In this document: one piece after another, positions 12,420 through 24,100 of the stretch
How positions within the stretch are numbered: the first letter of the stretch is position 1
Layout of the letters: every line of letters begins with the position of its first letter
From: Somniosus microcephalus
Lineage: Eukaryota
Reading direction: 5' to 3'
Assembly: GCA_052327205.1 (NCBI GenBank)
Contig: CM126212.1
Coordinates: 238,080,001-238,144,000 of the forward strand
Length of the DNA stretch: 64,000 bases
Made by a program: the position numbers and the translations under genes
Notes under the pieces: generated by a model
What the model saw: the letters and a program-made list of their open reading frames with translations, nothing else
Databases searched by the model: none
Told to the model about the DNA's origin: nothing

Positions 12420-14300
12420 AGGTGAAGATACTGAACTGGAGGAGGGCTAATTTCAGTGGGTTGAACAGGGATCTGGCCCAGGCGCATTGGAATCAAAGAT
12501 TGGCAGGTAAAACAGTAATTGAGCAATGGGAGGCCTTCAAGGAGGAGATAGTTCGGTACAGAGTAGACACATTCCTATTAGGGGGAAAGGAAGGGCATCC
12601 AAAGCTAGAGCTCCCTGAATGACTGAAGATATAGAGATTAAAATGTAACAGAAAAGGGAGGCTTATGATAAATATCAGATTTATAACTCAGTCGAGAAGC
12701 AGGCAGAATACAGCAAGTACAGAGGAGAGCTGAAAAAGGGAATAAGAGGGGCAGAGAGAGAGTGTGAGAAAAGATTAGTGGGCAACATAAAAGGGAACTC
12801 AAAAGTCTTTTATAAACACATAAATTGTAAAAGGGGAGTCAAAGGAAGGGTGGGGCCGAGGTACTAAATGAGCACTTTGTATCTGTCTTCACCAGATAAG
12901 AGGATGCTGCCAGTGTCACAGTCAAGGAGGTAGAAGAGATATTGGATAGGAAGGAAATAGATAAAGACGAGTTACTTAAAAGGTTGGCAACGCTCAAAGT
13001 AGAAAGTCACCTGGTCTGGAGGGAAGTAAGGGCGGAAATTGTGGAGGCTCTGGCCACAACCTTTCAACCCTCCTTAGATTTGAGAGTGGTGCCGGAGGCT
13101 TGGAAGATTGCAAATGTTACATCCCTGTTCAAAAAAGAGGGATAAGCCAGTGAAAGAGCTATCCATAAGCACACGGGATTGAGGGTAAGGTACTGACTTG
13201 GATAGAGAACTGGTTGGCAGACATGAAGCAAAGAGTTGGAATAAACGGGTCTTTTTCCAAGTGGCAGGCAGTGACTAGTGGGGTACCGCAGGGATCGGTC
13301 CTAGGACAACAGCTATTCACAATATATATTAATGATCTAGATGAGGGAACTAGATGTAATATCTCCAAGTTTGCAGACGACACAAAGCTGGGTGGGCGTG
13401 TGTGCTGTGAGGAGGATGCAGAGAAACTCCAGTATGATTTGGACAGGTTGGGTGATTGGGCAGAAGCATGGCAGATGCAGTATAATGTGGATAAATGCGA
13501 GGTTATCCACTTTGGTGGCAAAAACAGGAAGGCAAATTATTATCTGAACGGCAATAGATTGGGAGAGGGGGAAGTGCAACGAGACCTGGGTGTCCTTGTG
13601 CACCAGTCGCTGAAGGTAAGCATGCAGGTGCAGCAGGCGGTTAAGAAGGCAAATGGTGTGTTGCCCTTCGTAGCGAGAGGATTTGAGTACAGGAACAAGG
13701 ATGTCTTGCTGCAGTTGTACAGGGCCTTGGTGAGACCACACCTTGAGTATTGTGTGCAGTTTTGGTCGCCTTATCTGAGGAAGGATGTTCTTGCCATGGA
13801 AGGAGTTCAGCGAAGATTCACCAGGCTGATACCTGGGATGGCAGGAATGACGTATGAGGAGAGATTGGATCGATTGGGCTTATACTCGCTGGAGTTTAGA
13901 AGAATGAGAGGGGATCTCTTTGAAACTTATAAAATTCTGACAGGACTGGACAGACTAGATGCAGGAAGGATGTTCCCGATGGCTGGGGAGTCCAGAACCA
14001 GGGGTCACAGTCTAAGGATAAGGGGTAAGCCATTTAGGACTGAAATGAGGAGGAATTTCTTCACACAGAGAGTGGTGAACCTGTGGAATTCTCTACCACA
14101 GAAGGCAGTGGAGGCCAATTCATTAAATATATTCAAGAAGGAGTTGGATATATTTCTTAAGGCTAAAGGGATCAAGGGATATGGGGAGAAGGCAGGGACA
14201 GGGTACTGAATTTGGATGATCAGCCATGATCTCATTAAATGGCGGAGCAGGCTCGAGGGGCCGAATGGCCTACTCCTGCTCCTATCTTCTATGTTTCTAT
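12420..14300 (+). mobile_element. CR1 LINE ORF2 (degenerate 12420-13155; well-preserved RT C-terminus and 3' UTR 13156-14300)
   Basis: VKILNWRRANF; ORF 13214-14209 with [36 protein letters not shown]; typical CR1 tail. Confidence 0.9.
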
Positions 14301-14309
14301 GTTTCCATG

Positions 14310-14475
14310 TATGTTTCATTTGTCCCACTGCTCTGTTCTTTCCCCAAAGCCCTGCAAATTTCTCTTTTTCAAGTATTTATCAATTTCCCTTCTGAAAGTT
14401 ACTAATGAATTTGCTTCCACCGCCCTTTCAGGCAGTGAATTCCAGATCACAACAACTCGCTGCATGAAAACAATT
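14310..14475 (-). mobile_element. CR1 3' fragment
   Basis: Minus strand [31 protein letters not shown]. Confidence 0.8.
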
Positions 14476-14480
14476 GTCCT

Positions 14481-15075
14481 GGCGGGAGGACTCCGCCGGG
14501 CCGGGGGTGGCGCTGTGGCGGGAGGACTCCGCCGGGCCGGGGGTGGCGCTGTGGCGGGAGGACTCCGCCGGGCCGGGGGTGGCGCTGTGGCGGGAGGACT
14601 CCGCCGGGCCGGGGGTGGCGCTGTGGCGGGAGGACTCCGCCGGCCCGGGGGTGGCGCTGTGGCGGGAGGACTCCGCTTGGCCGGGGGCGGCGCTGTGGCC
14701 GGAGGACTCCGCCTGGCCGGGGTGGCGCTGTGGCGGGAGCGGGGACTCCGCCTGGCCGGGGGTGGCGCTGTGTCGGGAGGACTCCGCCTGGCCCGGGGGG
14801 TGGCGCTGTGGCGGGAGCGGGGACTCCGCCTGGCCGGGGGTGGCGCTGTGGCGGGAGGAGTCCGCCTGGCCGGGGGTGGCGCTGTGGCTGGAGGACTCCG
14901 CCGGGCCGGGGGTGGCGCTGTGGCGGGAGGACTCCGCCGGGCCGGGGGTGGCGCTGTGGCGGGAGGACTCCGCCGGCCCGGGGGTGGCGCTGTGGCGGGA
15001 GGACTCCGCTTGGCCGGGGGCGGCGCTGTGGCCGGAGGACTCCGCCGGGCCGGGGGCGGCGCTGTGGAGGGAGGA
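14481..15075. repeat. GC-rich 36-bp minisatellite immediately upstream of UQCRC1 start codon
   Basis: Unit GGCGGGAGGACTCCGCCGGGCCGGGGGTGGCGCTGT, ~16 copies. Confidence 0.9.
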
Positions 15076-15107
15076 GTCCGGGAGGAGCGGGGACTGAAGC
15101 GGCTGTC

Positions 15108-15161
15108 ATGGCGGCGGCGGGTTGTTTGCGAGCGGGGTCGGCGCTCCTCAGGGTCGGCAGG
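15108..15161 (+). CDS. UQCRC1: UQCRC1 exon 1 (mitochondrial presequence [18 protein letters not shown])
   Basis: GTCATGG context, GTGAGT donor, phase 0. Confidence 0.88.
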
Positions 15162-18100
15162 GTGAGTAGCCGGGGCCGGGGCCCCGGAGGTGGGGAGCGG
15201 GGCCGGGTGAGCCGCGGCTCCCGGAGCCCGGGGCGATGGACGGGCGGTGGGGAAGCGGCCCGGGGAGAGCGGCGGGGCCCAGACACCGGGAAGGTCAAAC
15301 AGTCCGCGGGCCCCGGGGGGGATTAACCCTCCCGGGAGGGGGTTCCCGACCCGCGGCCTCTGACCCCCCCCCGGGGCCCGACCCGCGGCCTCTGACCCCC
15401 CCCCGGGGCCCGACCCGCGGCCTCTGACCCCCCCCCGGGGCCCGACCCGCGGCCTCTGACCCCCCCCCGGGGCCCGACCCGCGGCCTCTGACCCCCCCCC
15501 CCCCGGGGCCCGACCCGCGGCCTCTGACCCCCCCCCCCCGGGGCCCGACCCGCGGCCTCTGACCCCCCCCCGGGGCCCGACCCGCGGCCTCTGACCCCCC
15601 CCCCCCCCCGGGGCCCGACCCGCGGCCTCTGACCCCCCCCCGGGGCCCGACCCGCGGCCTTTGACCCCCCCCCCCCCGGGGCCCGACCCGCGGCCTCTGA
15701 CCCCCCCCCCCGGGGCCCGACCCGCGGCCTCTGACCCCCCCCCCCCCCGGGGCCCGACCCGCGGCCTCTGACCCCCCCCCCGGGGCCCGACCCGCGGCCT
15801 CTGACCCCCCCCCCGGGGCCCGACCCGCGGCCTCTGACCCCCCCCGGGGCCCGACCCGCGGCCTCTGACCCCCCCCGGGGCCCGACCCGCGGCCTCTGGC
15901 CTTTCCCCGGGCTCCCTCTCTGGGCCCAGGCCGGGGAGAGGGGGGGTTACTGGGCCCAGCGATGGGAGCCCCTCCCCCGGGTCCTGAGCACCGGTGCCCG
16001 GGGTCGATCCCGGGGTGAAGGGGGTTCCGGCCCCAAAACCCCACTCTGGTCCGGGACCGCCCGAGTGGAGAGGCCCACCTAGTCGCGGGGTGACCCTGGG
16101 GTGCGGGACAGTGTAACCACTCCCAGCGACTCCCCTCCCCTTAATAGCAAAATACTGCAGATGCTGGAAATCCGAAATAACAGGGGAGACTGTGTATGGG
16201 GGAGAGAGAGACTGGGGGGTGGGAGAGAGAGACCACGGGGGGGTGGGGGAGAGAGAGACCACGGGGGGGTGGGGGAGAGAGAGACCACGGGGGGGTGGGG
16301 GAGAGAGAGACCACGGGGGGGAGGGAGGAGACCGCGGGGGGTGGGTGGAGGGAGACCACGGTGGGGGAGAGACCGCGTCGAGCTCACTGAGTGTCTTCTC
16401 TATGTTTAGCCGACTCTGTTTGGAGCCCAGCGTTTTCAGAGTGCCGTCTCCTACACTCAGACCATCGAGAACATTCTGGAGACCAAGCTCGCGACGTTGG
16501 ACAATGGAGTGCGAGTTGCCACAGAGGAGACTGACCACCCCACATGCACGGTGAGTCTGCTCGCTGCTGGTCCAACCTTCCTGCTGCTCGAGGGGTGCCG
16601 GGCCCTGATCCTCGGTTGGGGGGGAGGGGGGCAGTGGGCTCAGGCACCTCATTACAGTTCTATTCAGAACTCCTCAAATAATGAAGCGGTCCGTGCCCAC
16701 ATGCAGCAAGTCCTGGACGACAGTCATGCTTGGGCTGATAAATGGCAAGCAACATTCGCTCCACACAAGTGCCAGGCAATGACCTTCTCCAATAAAAGCT
16801 GACATTCAACGGCATTACCATCGCCGACCCACGACCATCAACATCCTTGGAGTCACCATTGACCAGAAACTTAACTGGACCAGCCACATAAATACTGTGG
16901 CAACAAGAGCAGGTCAGAGGCTGGGTATTCTGCGGCGAGTGTCTCACCTCCTGACTCCCCAAAGCCTTTCCACCATCTACAAGGCACAAGTCAGGAGTGT
17001 GATGGAATACTCTCCACTTGCCTGCATGAGTGCATCTCCAACAACACTCAAGAAGCTCGACAGCATCCAGGACAAAGCAGCTCGCTTGATTGACACCCCA
17101 TCCACCACCTTAAACATTCACTCCCTCCACCACCGGCGCACCGTGGCTGCAGTGTGGACCATCTACAAGATGCACTGCAGCAACTCGCCAAGGCTTCTTC
17201 GGCAGCACCTCCCAAACCGGCGACCTCTCCCACCTAGAAGGACAAGGGCAGCAGGCGCATGGGAACACCACCACCTCCAAGTTCCCCTCCAAGTCACACA
17301 CCAATCCTTCTTCGTCGCTGGGCCAAAATCCTGGAACTCCCTCCCTAACAGCACTGTGGGAGCACCTTCACCACACGGACTGCAGCGGTTCAAGAAGGCG
17401 GCTCAACACCACCCTTCTCAGGGTAACTAGGGATGGGCAATAAATGCTGGCATTGCCAGCGCCGCCCACATCCCATAAAAACAAATTTTTAAAAATTGAT
17501 TTAATTGAGACGCCAGAGCTTTTTCCTTTTATGAACAATGTTTCCCTCCCTCTCTCCTATGGTGCCAATCCCTCGTCTGACCGCAGCTCCACAGGCTCCT
17601 GCCCCCCTCCAGACCCTCTCCCAAACGGCCGTTGTTTGTGTGTGAGCCCAGACAGTCACTCTCAGCTGACTGTTTGACAGTGGAGGCCATCGTGGCTGAT
17701 TGCGATGCTGACCTCACCCGAGGTCAGTGCCGCTGGGCAGTGAGCCGGAGCAGGAGCCTTGGCCGAGTTACCCCTCTCGGTCCAGCGTCCCTGTGGTCAG
17801 CTAACTCCGCCAGGACCTTCCTGGTCCGTATGGCCGGCGGCTCACCGCACTTTCGCTGCAGCCCCTAAGCTCAGCGGAGCCGTGGATGTTCCCAGTGTCA
17901 TGGCGAGCTGCAGCATTCCTGTCTCAGAATCCCCGCTCTCACTCTGCTCCCACTCTCACTCTGCTCTTTGCTCTCCCTGTGTAGGTCGGCGTGTGGGTCG
18001 AGGTCGGGAGCCGCTATGAAAACGAGAAAAATAATGGCGTTGCAAACTTCCTGGAACACTTGATTCTGAAGGTATGAGACTGGGTCCTCGTGCCGTGTGC

Positions 18101-21100
18101 GGGTCCGGGTCCTCGTGCCGTGTGCGGGTCCGGGTCCTCGTGCCGTGTGCGGGTCCGGGTCCTCGTGCCGTGTGCGGGTCCGGGTCCTCGTGCCGTGTGC
18201 GGGTCCGGGTCCTCGTGCCGTGTGCGGGTCCGGGTCCTCGTGCCTGCCGTGTGCGGGTCCGGGTCCTCGTGCCTGCCGTGTGCGGGTCCGGGTCCTCGTG
18301 CCTGCCGTGTGCGGGTCCGGGTCCTCGTGCCTGCCGTGTGCGGGTCCGGGTCCTCGTGCCTGCCGTGTGCGGGTGCGGGTCCGGGTCCTCGTGCCTGCCG
18401 TGTGCGGGTCCGGGTCCTCGTGCCTGCCGTGTGCGGGTCCGGGTCCTCGTGCCTGCCGTGTGCGGGTCCGGGTCCTCGTGCCTGCCGTGTGCGGGTCCGG
18501 GTCCTCGTGCCTGCCGTGTGCGGGTCCGGGTCCTCGTGCCTGCCGTGTGCGGGTCCGGGTCCTCGTGCCTGCCGTGTGCGGGTCCGGGTCCTCGTGCCTG
18601 CCGTGTGCGGGTCCGGGTCCTCGTGCCTGCCGTGTGCGGGTCCGGGTCCTCGTGCCTGCCGTGTGCGGGTCCGGGTCCTCGTGCCTGCCGTGTGCGGGTC
18701 CGGGTCCTCGTGCCTGCCGTGTGCGGGTCCGGGTCCTCGTGCCTGCCGTGTGCGGGTCCGGGTCCTCGTGCCTGCCGTGTGCGGGTCCGGGTCCTCGTGC
18801 CTGCCGTGTGCGGGTCCGGGTCCTCGTGCCTGCCGTGTGCGGGTCCGGGTCCTCGTGCCTGCCGTGTGCGGGTCCGGGTCCTCGTGCCTGCCGTGTGCGG
18901 GTCCGGGTCCTCGTGCCTGCCGTGTGCGGGTCCGGGTCCTCGTGCCTGCCGTGTGCGGGTCCGGGTCCTCGTGCCTGCCGTGTGCGGGTCCGGGTCCTCG
19001 TGCCTGCCGTGTCCGGGTCCTCGTGCCTGCCGTGTGCGGGTCCGGGTCCTCGTGCCTGCCGTGTGCGGGTCCGGGTCCTCGTGCCTGCCGTGTGCGGGTC
19101 CGGGTCCTCGTGCCTGCCGTGTGCGGGTCCGGGTCCTCGTGCTTGCCGTGTGCGGGTCTGGGTCCTCGTGAATGTAACAATGGGTTTCTTTTTACAAGCA
19201 ATTAGAGATTCTTGTGTCCGGACTGTGTAAATGTTTTTAGGAAGACGAAAAGGTCTTCAAACCTATAGAAAGGAAGAACTCCCACTTATATAGCATCTTT
19301 CAGATTCTCGAGGTCAGCAAATGCTTCATAGCCAATGACTTAGTTTGAAAGTGTAGTCATTCATTCTTGTAGGGAAAAGTGGCAGCTTCTATTTGTAATG
19401 CAAGGTCCCACAAGCAGCAAGTGATCAGATAATCTGTTTTAAAGAAAGACTTGTATTTCTATAGCACCTTTCACAACCTCAGGACGCCGGGTATGGTAGC
19501 GTAGTGGTAATGTCACTGGGCTAGTAATCCAGAGACCTGGACTAATGATCCGGAGACGCGAGTTCAAATCCCACCACGGCAGCTGGGGAATTTAAATTCA
19601 GTTAATTAAATAAATCTGGAGTAAAAAGCTAGTATTGGTAATGGTGACCATGGAACTACCGGATTGTCGTAAAAACCCATCTGGTTCACTAATATCCTTT
19701 AGGGCAGGAAACCTGCCGTCTATATGTGACTCCATCCCACAGCAATGTGGTTGACTCTTAACTGCCCTCTGAAATGGCCACTCAGTTGTACGGACTGCAG
19801 TGGTTAAAGAAGGCGACCCACCACCACCACCTCGAGGTGCAATTAGGGATGGGCAATAAACGCCGGCCTTGCCAGCGACGGCAACATCCTGTGAATGAAT
19901 TTTAAAAAAGGTCCCAAAGTGCTTTACAGCACTTTTGAAGTGTTGTCACTGTTGTAATGTAAAAAAGGCAGCAGCCAATTTGTGCACAGCAAGCTCCCAC
20001 AAACAGGAATGACGTAAGTGACCAGATGCAAAGGCAAAATACCGCGGATGCATTAAATCTGAAATATAAACAGAAAATGCTGGCAGTGCTCAGCAGGTCA
20101 GGCTGCATCTATGAGAGAAACAGAGTTAATGTTTCAGCTCGATGACCTCTCCTGACCAGATAATCTGTTTTAGGTATTGTTTGAGGATTACATGTTGGTG
20201 GGAACAGCTCTTCTTCAAAATAGTGCCATGGGATCTTTTGCATCCACCTGAGAGAGCAGACAGGGCCTCGGTTTAACGTCTCATCCAAAAGACGGTACCT
20301 CCAACAGTGCAGCGTTCCCTCAGTACTGCCCCTCTCACAGTACAGAGTTCCCTCAGTGCTGCCCCCCTGACAGTGCAGAGTTCCCTCAGTACTGCCCCTC
20401 CGACAGTGCAGCACTCCCTCAGTACTGCCCCCCTGACAGTGCAGCACTCCCTCAGTGCTGCCCCCCTGACAGTGCAGCACTCCCTCAGTGCTGCCCCCCT
20501 GACAGTGCAGCACTCCCTCAGTACTGCCCCCCTGACAGTGCAGCACTCCCTCAGTGCTGCCCCCCTGACAGTGCAGCACTCCCTCAGTGCTGCCCCCCTG
20601 ACAGTGCAGCACTCCCTCAGTGCTGCCCCCCTGACAGTGCAGCACTCCCTCAGTGCTGCCCCCCTGACAGTGCAGCACTCCCTCAGTGCTGCCCCCCTGA
20701 CAGTGCAGCGCTCCCTCAGTGCTGCCCCCCTGACAGTGCAGCACTCCCTCAGTGCTGCCCCCCTGACAGTGCAGCACTCCCTCAGTGCTGCCCCCCTGAC
20801 AGTGCAGCACTCCCTCAGTACTGTCCCCCCTGACAGTGCAGCACTCCCTCAGTACTGTCCCCCGACAGTGCGCACTCCCTCAGTACTGTCCCTCCGACAG
20901 TGCGGCGCTCCCTCAGTACTGCCCCTCCGACAGTGCGGCGCTCCCTCAGTACTGATCCCCCGACAGTGCGGCGCTCCCTCAGTACTGCCCCTCCGACAGT
21001 GCAGCGCTCCCTCAGTACTGCCTCTCAGTCCTGCCCCTCCGACAGTGCGGCGCTCCCTCAGTACTGCCTCTCAGTCCTGCCCCTCCGACAGTGCGGCGCT

Positions 21101-24100
21101 CCCTCAGTACTACCCGTCCGACAGTGCAGCACTCCCTCAGTACTGCCCCTCCGACAGTGCGGCGCTCCCTCAGTACTGCCCCTCCGACAGTGCGGCGCTC
21201 CCTCAGTACTGCCCCTCCGACAGTGCGGCACTCCCTCAGTACTGCCCTCCGACAGTGCAGCACTCCCTCAGTACTGCCCTCCGACAGTGCGGCGCTCCCT
21301 CAGTACTGCCCCTCCGACAGTGCAGTGCTCCCTCAGTACTATACTGGGAGTGTCAGCCTGGATTATGTGCTTAAGCCTCTCGAGTGGGACCTGAGCCACG
21401 ACCTCCTGACCTCTTCAGAAACATACCTAGCTGCCCTTGACTGAATTTGCACTATTTACTGGTAACTGATCCTACAACTCAGCCTTTGAGTCAAAGTTCC
21501 CCCAGGTTTCTTTCTTACTCCTAACTCAAGGGATGTGGGAATTGGGTGGGAAGGTGGAGTTGAGGTCAAAGATCAGCCATGATCTTATTGAATGGCGCAG
21601 CAGGCGCGAAGGGCCGAATGGCTGACTCCTGCTCCTATTTCTTATGTTCTGTGTTCTCTCTGCTGTAACCCATGTCCCTGCAATGTGGCCCCTTCATTAT
21701 CAGAACTATTTACCTGCATCAACTTGGTCAGTTTCTCCTCTTGTTACTTTAACCCTGAGACTGGGGAGGAAAAGGCCAAGAGAGCGTTTAATTGGCAAAC
21801 ATTAAAATCAGTTTGTATAAAAACAGAAAATGCTGGAAAAACTCAGCAGGTCAGGCAGCGTCTGTGAAGAGAGAAACAGAGTTAACGTTTCAGGTCGATG
21901 ACCTTTCATCATTAAAATCTGCTGGTGTATTGTATCCAATTCTGGGCACCGTATTTTAGGAAGGACGTGAAAGCTTTGGAGAGGGTACAGAAGAGATTTA
22001 CTAGAATGGTTCCAGGGATGAGGGATTACAGCTACATGGATAGACTGGAGAAGCTGGGGTTGTTCTCGTTAGAGCGGAGAAGGCTAAGATGAGATTTGAT
22101 AGTGGTGTTTAAAATCACAAAGGGGGGAAAACTGGTCCCCTTGCGCCATTAGGGCGCTAATGTGGCGTTGAGACCAGAACCGGCAGGGCGAGGCGAATCC
22201 AGCGCTGCACGCCAAATCAGGATTTCCCCCCGTAGCACTGCCAGTAACAGCAATCGCCAGGGAGATTGTGACGTCAGTGAGAGTGCAATGCTCACTGAAC
22301 GCCTGAGCTGCTAAATTACCTCACCACCTGGAGTTAACGACAGGAGAGCTGGTGTGCAGCACCAGGAAGCTGGCTCCAGGGACGTTATTTAAAGGGATCA
22401 GCTACAATCACTTGCACCTGACCGGTTAGTGAAGTTTCAGTGCCTGTGTGTTAGTTCCTGATACGACAACAGTTTTATTTAGTGATTTGAAGGTTCTTTG
22501 GTATCAGGAGTCTTGTGGCAAGTAGAAAAGTGCAAAATGTATTCTTGAAAGATTCAACCTACAACACTTGCTATAAGTCATGGAGGCTGTATTGGTGAAT
22601 CCACCTCGCCCTCCAGGATCTACGGCGGAGGGAGCAGAGGCAACAAGGAAGACGGGAACTGTGCGCAGAGGGAGGAGGCAGCGAGACAATCGTCCTTCTG
22701 GACCGGCTGTCCGTGACCGGCTCATCAGACTCCGATTCACATGAAGGAAACCCCAGATCCCCGTAGCTCACCACATTACTATCCCTATCTCATGGCATAT
22801 CACAGTGTATCCTCCTGGGTGCAAAGGTGAAATGAGAGAGACCACAAAATATTCCAAACACCGCTATTAAATTTATCTATAAACATATCACACATATCAC
22901 ATGAATTTTAATAACTAATGACCCTTGTGCCTGCCATAGCTGAATAGCTGTGATTGTGTGCAAGGTGTGAGATGTGAGTGTTGTTAGGTAGAGATTGTTG
23001 GTGGGTGAATGCTTGGGGGGGGTCTGGTACATTGAGCAATGTGTGAAGCTCGTGGTACAGATGGTGGTATGTAGCATTTGTTAAAGCCTCACTCACCCTG
23101 ACCACCCGTGTGAGCTCGTTAAACTTCCTCCTGCACTGGGTGTGGGACCTGGGGATCACAGTGCTGCTCGTGACGTGGTGTGGCGAGGGCCTCCTGCCAG
23201 TTGGTACAGGACCGCCTGCCTTCCCTCCACTGCTAAAAGCAATGCCTCCAAAGCTTCCTTGGAAAACCTCTGGGCTCTCTCCCTGGGCGGCAATCTGCCA
23301 TCAGCATTTGTAAATAAGTGCGCCTTCTCTTTGTCCTCCTTATGGTTGTTGAGGCAGCTGTACACCCAACAATGCTGAGAATGAGGTGCTGCAGCATCAA
23401 TGGACCGCCCCTTTAAGCAGTGAAAAAAGCCTGTGGCAATCATTACTTGCATTTGGACTACACCCGATATTGGTCCATCTTTTCAGTGTAACACCGATGA
23501 GCTTGGGTATTTAGACTATATTTATGGCTCCAGTCATTTTAATGAGGAGTGAGGACGAATTTTGCGTGCAGCCTAGACCATTTTCACCTGGTGCTAATTT
23601 ACCATTTTTAGTCTTAACATTGCCCATTCCTTGGCTGTAACAACATTCTAGCCCAAAGGGTTTAGATAGAGTAAATAAAGGGAAACTGTTTCTAATGGCT
23701 GAAGGGTCGATAACTAGAGGGCACAGATTGAAGGTGATTTGCAAAAGAACCAGAGGCGACATGAGGAAAAACTTTTTTACGCAGCGAGTGGTGAGGATTT
23801 GGAACGCGCTGCCTGAAAGGGCGGTGGATACAGATTCAATCGTCGCCTTCAAAGGGGAATTGGATAAATACTTGGAGGAGAAAAAATTGCAGGGATCTGG
23901 GGAAAGAGCGGGAGGAGCGGGTCTAACGGGATTGCTCTTCGAAAGAGACTTGATGGGCCCAATGGCTTCTATCTGTGTTGTACTATTCTATGAATTTAAT
24001 AAATGTGAAGGCGCAGCACCAGGTGTTGCTCAAACCTGTGTATTAACTGTTTCTCGACTGTATATTTCTGAATGTAGTCGATTCAGGGGGGGATAACGGA

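Larger units (their letters stand above)
19441..21420 (-). mobile_element. SacSINE1-type DeuSINE, interrupted by two insertions and an internal 33-bp tandem expansion
   Basis: Matches the more intact copy at 63255-63615; 3' tail at ~19441, tRNA-like head at ~21345-21420. Confidence 0.75.

Noticed and set aside
14239-16652. Long GC-rich ORFs on both strands (308, 778, 283, 249 aa)
   Set aside because: Produced by stop-poor minisatellites; only 15108-15161 and 16410-16550 are real UQCRC1 exons.
18014-19230. Cys-rich 365-395-aa ORFs resembling keratin-associated or metallothionein proteins
   Set aside because: Open in several frames at once because of a 25/29-bp repeat inside UQCRC1 intron 3.
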